DNA of 64,000 nt from Saprospiraceae bacterium (GTDB lineage Bacteria; Bacteroidota; Bacteroidia; Chitinophagales; Saprospiraceae), in assembly GCA_044227555.1 (NCBI GenBank), contig JBGAWQ010000014.1, positions 12,206 through 76,205 of the forward strand. Reading direction: 5' to 3'. Below are positions 43,065 to 49,575 of the stretch, piece after piece. The stretch's first letter is position 1, and every line of letters begins with the position of its first letter. Under the pieces are notes generated by a model. It was not told where the DNA came from and did not search any database. It worked only from the letters and a program-made list of their open reading frames with translations. A program made the translations under genes and the position numbers.

Positions 43065-43987
43065 ATGCCGAATATTTCTTTTCGTACTTCATGATATCTG
43101 TCGAGTGTGTCTGCGAGTGTAGTAACGATGTTGCCCCGGTCTAATGTTGAGGCTATGGTATGTGCACCGATCAGATTGGCAGCGCCGGAGGGTGAAATGT
43201 ATATGCCCTCATGGGCTGCTATGGCGCGGATCATATCTGGTACTTCGGCAGCGTCGATGGTCAGGTTCTGATCGGCCAGTGAGGGGTCATAGATAGCCGG
43301 AATATGATGGGCGGTCTCAAGATGTTTCCAGCCTTCGAGGGGGTGGAAGGGATGATCTGGTTGTAGCGAGATCGTGAGGACATTGCCGAGTTCCTTCAAT
43401 CGTCTTGACGTACCGGTAAACGTTCCGGTGGTGCCCAGGCCTGCAACAAAATGAGTCACTTGTCCATTCGTTTGAGACCAGATTTCTTCAGCGGTAGTGA
43501 AGTAGTGGGCTTGCCAGTTAGCTTCATTTGAATATTGGTCCGCGAAAAAATATCGGTCGGGATGGGTCTTAAATAAATCCTTAGCCACGTCCTGCGCACC
43601 ATCTGTGCCTTCGAGGGGAGAGGTGAGGATGAGTTCCGCGCCAAGGGATTTCAATAAACGTTGGCGTTCTGATGAGGCATTGGAGGGCAGACAGATGACG
43701 GGGCGCCATCCTTTGGTTTGGAGGAGGGTTGCATAGGCTATTGCTGTATTGCCGCTGGAAGCATCCAGTAGTTGATTGCCTGCATGTAGTCTTCCGGATT
43801 GGATAGCTCTGGAGATGATGGCATAAGCTGCCCTGGCTTTCACACTGCCGCCGGGTTGTTGCCATTCGGCCTTGGCCCAGATTTTTACGCGGTCTGTGCT
43901 CAGGCTCTCGATCAGCAATAATGGGGTGTTGCCTACCTCAGGAAGGGTTGCTGTCGTTTTAGGTCTGTGCAGTGTTTGTGTTGGCAT
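43061..43987 (-). CDS. PLP-dependent cysteine synthase (CysM-like, probably carrier-thiocarboxylate dependent)
   Basis: GNTPLLLIESL, PGGSVKARAAY (PLP lysine), SSGNTAIAYA and GLGTTGTFTG motifs. The ATG at 43987 is preferred to the TTG at 44029, which lies inside a terminator hairpin. Confidence 0.85.
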   Translation of the reverse strand: MPTQTLHRPKTTATLPEVGNTPLLLIESLSTDRVKIWAKAEWQQPGGSVKARAAYAIISRAIQSGRLHAGNQLLDASSGNTAIAYATLLQTKGWRPVICLPSNASSERQRLLKSLGAELILTSPLEGTDGAQDVAKDLFKTHPDRYFFADQYSNEANWQAHYFTTAEEIWSQTNGQVTHFVAGLGTTGTFTGTSRRLKELGNVLTISLQPDHPFHPLEGWKHLETAHHIPAIYDPSLADQNLTIDAAEVPDMIRAIAAHEGIYISPSGAANLIGAHTIASTLDRGNIVTTLADTLDRYHEVRKEIFGI

Positions 43988-44014
43988 TGGATTCGTGATT
44001 AGATGGATAAAATG

Positions 44015-44050
44015 AAAAAAGCCTTTCAATCCGGATGAACTGAAAGGCTT
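44015..44050 (-). terminator. Intrinsic terminator inside the operon leader (attenuator)
   Basis: Minus strand: AAGCCUUUCA-12 nt loop-UGAAAGGCUU followed by UUUUUU, ending 27 nt before the cysteine synthase ATG. No minus-strand gene ends upstream of it. Confidence 0.65.
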
Positions 44051-44089
44051 TGTCCTATATGGTTTGGTATACTATAGTACAATCTCAGG

Positions 44090-44158
44090 TCAACCCGGGG
44101 GTTGAGCACAACAACAGCAACAGCAGTTGGTATAGATTGTACAAGTCATATTTTTCAT
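44090..44158 (-). CDS. Cys-rich leader peptide, 22 aa: MKNMTCTIYTNCCCCCCAQPPG
   Basis: ATG..TGA ORF read by hand, with six consecutive Cys codons TGC TGT TGC TGT TGT TGT at 44125-44108. It sits between a promoter-like motif and the leader terminator. Confidence 0.6.
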   Translation of the reverse strand: MKNMTCTIYTNCCCCCCAQPPG

Positions 44159-44167
44159 AAATCCTGA

Positions 44168-44199
44168 CAAATATATGGGTGTTTATTCCGAAATGTCAA
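44168..44199 (-). promoter_or_regulatory. Candidate promoter of the leader and cysteine operon
   Basis: Minus strand: TTGACA-N18-TATATTTG (TAnnTTTG match), ending 9 nt before the leader ATG. Confidence 0.45.
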
Positions 44200-44258
44200 G
44201 CACAAGGTTCAAATTTGTGCCCTGACAATCTTTATAACAACCGAATCGACCAAAAGTT

Positions 44259-45188
44259 ATGCCAATCTCAGCAACCCATTTCAACTTATCGGGGCAGACC
44301 GGATTTTACCGGGGCAAGGTGAGGGATGTATATTACGTAGATGACCTGATGGTCGCTGTGGCTACAGATCGTATTTCCGCATTCGATCATATCCTGCCAC
44401 GCCCGATACCTTATAAGGGCCAGGTGCTCAATCAGCTTGCCGGATTTTTTCTGGATGCCACTAAGGATATCGTGCCTAACTGGAAGAAGTCGATGCCGCA
44501 TCCTAATGTAACGATCGGGGTGTTGTGTGAACCGATTCGTATCGAGATGGTGATTCGCGGATATCTTGCCGGTCATGCCCTCCGGGAGTATAAATCAGGT
44601 AAGCGGTTGTTGTGTGGCGAACCTATGTTGGATGGCATGGCAGACAATGAAGCTTTTCCTCAGCCCATCATTACTCCGGCGACTAAAGCCGATACCGGTC
44701 ATGATGTGGATATTTCGGGTGAAGAAATTGTGAAGCAGGGGTTATTGCCTGCAGCGGTGTATGAGGAGATGGCCAGAATCACCAGGGCTTTGTTTCAGCG
44801 AGGCACGGAGATGGCCGCGCGTCGTGGTTTGATCCTGGTGGATACCAAGTATGAGTTTGGATGGTATCGGGATGAGCTATATATCATTGATGAAGTGCAT
44901 ACCCCGGACAGCAGCCGGTACTGGTATGCCGATCGTTATGCCCAGAATCAGTTAGAGGGCAAGCCTCAGGAGCAATTATCGAAGGAGTTTGTACGCGAGT
45001 GGTTGATGTCAAAAGGATTTCAGGGGCTTGAGGGGCAGCAGATGCCGGTGATGGATGATGCCTTTGTCGAACTGGTCAGCAATCGGTACATCCATCTTTA
45101 TGAACAGATGACCGGCAAGGATTTTGAAAAAGCTCCTGATGATGAGGACACCGTGGTCCAGGCGATTGAAAAATCGTTGAGACGGTAG
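44259..45188 (+). CDS. purC: Phosphoribosylaminoimidazole-succinocarboxamide (SAICAR) synthase
   Basis: GKVRDVY, TDRISAFD and LILVDTKYEFG motifs. Confidence 0.95.
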   Translation: MPISATHFNLSGQTGFYRGKVRDVYYVDDLMVAVATDRISAFDHILPRPIPYKGQVLNQLAGFFLDATKDIVPNWKKSMPHPNVTIGVLCEPIRIEMVIRGYLAGHALREYKSGKRLLCGEPMLDGMADNEAFPQPIITPATKADTGHDVDISGEEIVKQGLLPAAVYEEMARITRALFQRGTEMAARRGLILVDTKYEFGWYRDELYIIDEVHTPDSSRYWYADRYAQNQLEGKPQEQLSKEFVREWLMSKGFQGLEGQQMPVMDDAFVELVSNRYIHLYEQMTGKDFEKAPDDEDTVVQAIEKSLRR

Positions 45189-45209
45189 GGCGTTAAATCA
45201 TAGCGTGCA

Positions 45210-46424
45210 TTAGCGCTCTAACAATTTTCCCAACGTACTGATTACGTAATCGATCTCTTCGGCGGTATTGTAAGCCGCAATGCCCATTCGGGTTACGCCT
45301 CCCTGGCCCATGAGGTCCATGACTTCTACTGCACGGATGGCATAGAAATGTCCATCCCAGGCGCAGATCCCATGTTCGGAGAGGTATTGGCAAATGGCTT
45401 CGGGTCGATGGTTTTCAACCGTGAAGGAGATCGTTGGGGCGCGTTGGGTTTCTTTCAATGGAGGGCCGTAGATATCTACGCCATCGAGGTCCCGGAGTCC
45501 GAGATATAGTTGTTGCGCCAGGCTTCGTTCGTACTTCTGGATGTGGGCCATGGCTGTGGTGATTTTGTCACGTTGGGTCTGACCTTCACCCATGGAGGCG
45601 ATAAAATCTACGGCGGCAGCTACGCCTGCCAGTGCGGCGTGGTGGAGAGTACCGCGTTCGATTTTATAAGGAGCAGTTTGGGTTTGGACCCTAAGGCGGT
45701 CGGTATCGAGGCGATCCAGTGCTCCGGGTCTTGAATACAGGATGCCTACATGAGGGCCGTAGAATTTGTACGCTGAGCACAGCAGGAAGTCGCAGTCGAT
45801 CTCGCGGACATCTGTGAGGAGGTGGGGTACGTAATGTACTCCATCCACCACGAGCAAGGCACCGACTTCATAGGCTAATTGTCGGACGCGATCGATTTCA
45901 TTGACGGTACCGAATATATTCGATGCCAGGCCGATGGCGATGACGCGGGTTTTTTCGCTGATTTTCTTTTCCAGGTCGGCGTAGTTGAGGCTGCCGTCTT
46001 CTTCGAGGAGTACTTCGCGAACGACGATGCCATGGCGACGTTGCTGGAGCCAGGGGCCGCGGTTGGCTTCGTGATCCAGTTGGGTGATGAGGATTTCATC
46101 GCCGGGTTGGAGGGAGCGGGCGATGGCGTTGGCCAGGACGAAATTGAGGCTTGTCATATTGGCTCCGAAGGAGATGGTTTCCGGGCCTTCCGCGCCCAGC
46201 AGGGCAGCGACCTGTGTGCGGGCGTGGTGGATGAGTTGATCAGTTTCCCGGGAGGTGACAAACTGGCCATGTGTATTGGCGTTGCTATGGCTGTATACAT
46301 TCACCATCGCGTCGATGACCGATTGGGGGACCTGGGTGCCAGCCGGGCCATCGAGGTGGAGGATGGGGCGGCCGTTGACGATTCTTTTCAGGGAAGGGAA
46401 CTGGCTGCGAATGGCATCATTCAT
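45210..46424 (-). CDS. Class-V aminotransferase fold, cysteine desulfurase-like PLP enzyme
   Basis: LDGPAGTQVP.., HEANRGPW and DFLLCSAYKFYGPHVG (PLP lysine in SAYK). Confidence 0.75.
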   Translation of the reverse strand: MNDAIRSQFPSLKRIVNGRPILHLDGPAGTQVPQSVIDAMVNVYSHSNANTHGQFVTSRETDQLIHHARTQVAALLGAEGPETISFGANMTSLNFVLANAIARSLQPGDEILITQLDHEANRGPWLQQRRHGIVVREVLLEEDGSLNYADLEKKISEKTRVIAIGLASNIFGTVNEIDRVRQLAYEVGALLVVDGVHYVPHLLTDVREIDCDFLLCSAYKFYGPHVGILYSRPGALDRLDTDRLRVQTQTAPYKIERGTLHHAALAGVAAAVDFIASMGEGQTQRDKITTAMAHIQKYERSLAQQLYLGLRDLDGVDIYGPPLKETQRAPTISFTVENHRPEAICQYLSEHGICAWDGHFYAIRAVEVMDLMGQGGVTRMGIAAYNTAEEIDYVISTLGKLLER

Positions 46425-46464
46425 TGAACAGGAGGGTTGGTTTGTGGGGTGAAATTAGGGAAAA

Positions 46465-46637
46465 GGGGGGAAGGGAGCAAAGGAGCAAGGGAGCAAGGGG
46501 CTAAGGGGCAAAATACGTTGGGTGGAATCCTAAAATTGTTTTTTGCCTTTTTGACCAGTGCGTCGCCGGTCTTCTACTTCTAGTTACCTACTTCCCTTCG
46601 CCTTTAGCCCCTTGCTCCTTTAGCCCCTTCGCCCCTG
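46465..46637. repeat. Imperfect inverted repeat built from G/A-rich ~8-nt words (GGAGCAAG, GGGCTAAG, GGGCAAAA)
   Basis: Left arm 46465-46513, right arm 46592-46637. The perfect 15-bp core is GGAGCAAGGGGCTAA (46490-46504) versus TTAGCCCCTTGCTCC (46604-46618). Confidence 0.85.
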
Positions 46638-46764
46638 CTTTTCATGTGGGCAGGAAACTTTACCTTTGGGTCCCTTGTTAGGAGGGATATTCGATCATTA
46701 AAACTATGGGGCTGATCCTCCTTCGCCAAGGCTTCGGCGGACTAACCCTATAAGTGTCAAAGCG

Positions 46765-46793
46765 TTGACAATGATTTTTGTTGTCAATATTTG
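46765..46793 (+). promoter_or_regulatory. Candidate ssrA promoter with embedded palindrome
   Basis: TTGACA-N17-TATTTG ends 15 nt before the tmRNA 5' end. The inverted repeat TTGACAA/TTGTCAA lies at 46765-46771 / 46781-46787. Confidence 0.35.
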
Positions 46794-46807
46794 TTCATTG
46801 AATCTAA

Positions 46808-47172
46808 GGGGCTGACAGGAATCGACAGTAAATGTATCGTGTCAGTAAGCATGCCGGGGGATGATGGTTTACCCCGTTATCAAATAGTCATCGACCAATA
46901 ATTGGCGAAACACGTTTCGCATTGGCTGCCTAATTCCAGGAATTAGTATGCCTTTATGCTTCCGGTTTGATCTCTGCTACAAAACCGTGCGGCATTCAGA
47001 AATGCAGAATAAGCTGAGGGGATGTCCTGACCCAACGCCGACAACTTCAGGGAACCGGGTGAGGCCGCGTTGTTACAGTACCTTGTCTCATCCTAAATCA
47101 GATCTGTAACTAAGCATGTAGAAAGCTGATGTGAGCTTTATCTGGACGGGGGTTCAATTCCCCCCAGCTCCA
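46808..47172 (+). ncRNA. ssrA: tmRNA (SsrA), tag reading frame GETRFALAA-stop
   Basis: 5' GGGGCTGACAGGAATCGACAG. Tag ORF ggc gaa aca cgt ttc gca ttg gct gcc taa (46904-46933). 3' end GGACGGGGGTTCAATTCCCCCCAGCTCCA with a tRNA-Ala-like acceptor and T-arm. Confidence 0.92.
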
Positions 47173-47175
47173 CAA

Positions 47176-47240
47176 TCCTGATTGGGTGTGGTATGGGGTG
47201 ATGGAATGATGGGGCGAGGGAGTGATAGGGTGAGAGTAAG
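47176..47240 (+). repeat. Degenerate GGTGA/GGGTGA-type short tandem words
   Basis: gggtgtggtatggggtgatggaatgatggggcgagggagtgatagggtgagagtaag, similar in flavour to 33094-33142. Confidence 0.6.
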
Positions 47241-47242
47241 TA

Positions 47243-47473
47243 TCATTCCCGAATCATTATCCGGCGATCCCGGAAAATCACCTCATATCCGGGTCTTAGC
47301 TTATTTCGCTTACGCAATTCTACTGCCCCATTGACGGTCACTTCGCCGTCTTCGATGCAAATGTTGGCCTCGCCGCCAGATTCCACCAGGTTCAATAGCT
47401 TGAGGAGTTTGTTGAGTTCGATGTATTCCTTCCCTTTTAGATGGAAGGTGTCGTGAGGTGCAGGATCACTCAT
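47243..47473 (-). CDS. S4-domain RNA-binding protein (YbcJ-like)
   Basis: IELNKLLKLLNLVESGGEANICIEDGEVTVNGAVELRKRNKLRPGYEV. Confidence 0.8.
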   Translation of the reverse strand: MSDPAPHDTFHLKGKEYIELNKLLKLLNLVESGGEANICIEDGEVTVNGAVELRKRNKLRPGYEVIFRDRRIMIRE

Positions 47474-47608
47474 GTTTTATGGATTGTTTGTCTTCGTCGA
47501 TTTTGGTTCGGTAAATGAGGATAACTCAATCTCGAAGATAGGGGAGAGGAAACATTTGTATGCCATGCCATTTGCCCGGAGCCAAAAGGAAAAAGTTAAC
47601 TTTACCTG

Positions 47609-49561
47609 GTGCCAAAGAAAGCCAGGAAATCCACACCAAAAGATTCTCCGCAACTGGTAAAAAAGGCAAGGGTGCCATCCACTCATACTGGAGGATGGAT
47701 CAGTGCTCTGCTGTTTGCCATTGCCGCCGGAGCATGCTCTTATGTATTGTCCCCGGTACTTGCTTATGCTGATCAGCAGGATACGTTGTCGAAAGGACTC
47801 TTGATTCTTTTGTGCGCGATAGTTGGATTCATTGGAGAAACTTCTTTTTTTAGAAGATATATCAGTTCCATTTCTGTTTGGATTCTGGCGCTGACCATCT
47901 TGCAACTCCTGGCCAATCTGAGCCTGTTGTATAGTTGGTTCGAATCAAATCCTGTTTTGCTATTCTTCACCAGAGATTTGACGATACCTATTGGAGTAGC
48001 CTGGTTTTTTATTCTTCGACACGGCACTACGGCTACAACTCTGCCCATAGCGCCCAATAGTTATAGGTTCAAAGAGGTATTCAATTCCATGGCTACAAGA
48101 GTAGTTGCCTTGATTGCGCTGGCTGTAGCAACAGGTCTTTTCTTTTACCGGCTTGGCTACTTTGATATCTGGGAAGATGAAAACCTGGTCATCAATGCGG
48201 CGGTAGGGGTGATGCAGCAAGGTCTGGCGTACTTCAAAGAAGGATATGACCGCGCTGCGCTGCATACTTTGATTTGTGCCGGTGTATTTGAGATGTTTGG
48301 TGTCTCAGAATATACCGCACGGATACCTTCGGCGATTTTCGGACTGGTGTTTGTAGCCGGCAGTTTGTATGTATTTGCAAGATGGTATGGCATCGCCTGG
48401 TTGGCCATTTTGATTCCACTGGTCTGCCTCATGAATGACCGCTTCCTGATTTTGTTCCGGTACATGCGGATGTACGCTTTGCTCATTCCTCTTTTTCTGG
48501 GCGGTGTGTACCTGATCCATCGTACACTCACTAAATGGCAAGAGGATCAATTTTCCCTTACTGCAGGATCGTCCCGAAAGCAATTGATCTATTTGTTATT
48601 GGGGTCAATGTTGTGCCTTCCATTGTTGGCGCACGTGCATAAATTGTCGATGGTCTTACTTCCGGTTTTTGCAAGCTATCTGGTGTATATGACCATTCAG
48701 CACCCGACTCGAAAACAATGGACCTTCCTTGGGATATGCGCAGCCGCAGGGGTTTTGCTTCTTCTCCTGACGTTTGTAGTTGAACTGGGGCCTTTGAAAA
48801 TGTTCAGGCAGGCGGCTAGCCGTATACTCTCTCCGCACGATCCCAAGCCAGCCTATTTTCAGTATCTGTTTGAGAATGGCTTGCCGCAATACAACACTAT
48901 CATGTTCTTGATTGCAGGCCTGGGTCTTCTGGGTTCAAAGGTGATGAGATCATTGAAGTCCTTGCTGTTGTTGCAATATCTGCTCATCATCATTCCATTG
49001 GTGCTCATGGTTTACCTCGCTGATGACCAGGGCAGGGATTACCGGTATATTGCCCATATTGTTCCTTTCGTGGTGAGTGTGTTACTGTTGACGGGGTATG
49101 CTATTGGGAAGACCTTGTGGCCCCGAAAAGGGGTTTGGGTACCGGTGTCCATATTCTTTATTTCAACGCTGCAGTTGTGGCACGATGCGGATCGGGTGTA
49201 TATCAAGCATCCCTGGGCGCCTGGTTATTCTGAAGTATATAGTACGCTCAAGGCAAATTTCCATCCTGACGATGCTTTATTTGTTCAAAACGTAAAAACA
49301 TTTTATCTGGATCCTGAGCAACTTGCCGGATCCCATTTTCATAAAGTACCCAAAAAGCGATTGTATACGCTGGATCAGTTTATAGCTGATGTCCGATCAG
49401 AAAAGCATGGATGGGTGATGTGGGAACTCCACAAATCGTATCAATGGCAGCCTGAAATCCTGGATTATATTTATGCGCGGTTTAAGCCCTATCATAGCCA
49501 GAACCTCGATGACCTTGGCGTGGAATTATTTTATTTTGACGAAACCATGCTGGGCCAATAA
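47609..49561 (+). CDS. Polytopic membrane glycosyltransferase, GT-C fold (GT39/ArnT/PMT-like)
   Basis: More than 12 hydrophobic helices. FFYRLGYFDIWEDENLVINAA resembles the first-loop DE motif of GT39/ArnT enzymes. Start uncertain: GTG at 47609 (Lys-rich tail like the next gene) or ATG at 48089. Confidence 0.6.
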   Translation: MPKKARKSTPKDSPQLVKKARVPSTHTGGWISALLFAIAAGACSYVLSPVLAYADQQDTLSKGLLILLCAIVGFIGETSFFRRYISSISVWILALTILQLLANLSLLYSWFESNPVLLFFTRDLTIPIGVAWFFILRHGTTATTLPIAPNSYRFKEVFNSMATRVVALIALAVATGLFFYRLGYFDIWEDENLVINAAVGVMQQGLAYFKEGYDRAALHTLICAGVFEMFGVSEYTARIPSAIFGLVFVAGSLYVFARWYGIAWLAILIPLVCLMNDRFLILFRYMRMYALLIPLFLGGVYLIHRTLTKWQEDQFSLTAGSSRKQLIYLLLGSMLCLPLLAHVHKLSMVLLPVFASYLVYMTIQHPTRKQWTFLGICAAAGVLLLLLTFVVELGPLKMFRQAASRILSPHDPKPAYFQYLFENGLPQYNTIMFLIAGLGLLGSKVMRSLKSLLLLQYLLIIIPLVLMVYLADDQGRDYRYIAHIVPFVVSVLLLTGYAIGKTLWPRKGVWVPVSIFFISTLQLWHDADRVYIKHPWAPGYSEVYSTLKANFHPDDALFVQNVKTFYLDPEQLAGSHFHKVPKKRLYTLDQFIADVRSEKHGWVMWELHKSYQWQPEILDYIYARFKPYHSQNLDDLGVELFYFDETMLGQ

Positions 49562-49575
49562 TCAAACCCACACCG

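Noticed and set aside
43988-44029. TTG at 44029 as the cysteine synthase start (14-aa extension MKGFFHFIHLITNP).
   Set aside because: The extension would be encoded by the 3' arm and U-tract of a strong terminator hairpin. The ATG at 43987 gives a normal CysM/CysK-type N-terminus. This still needs checking against orthologues.
46709-46750. Second GGGGCTGA about 100 nt upstream of ssrA as a duplicated tmRNA 5' end or integration scar. Also the repeats 3' of ssrA (47176-47240) as an att site.
   Set aside because: Similarity stops after 8 nt. The tmRNA 3' end is not duplicated, and no integrase or foreign-looking genes flank the locus.
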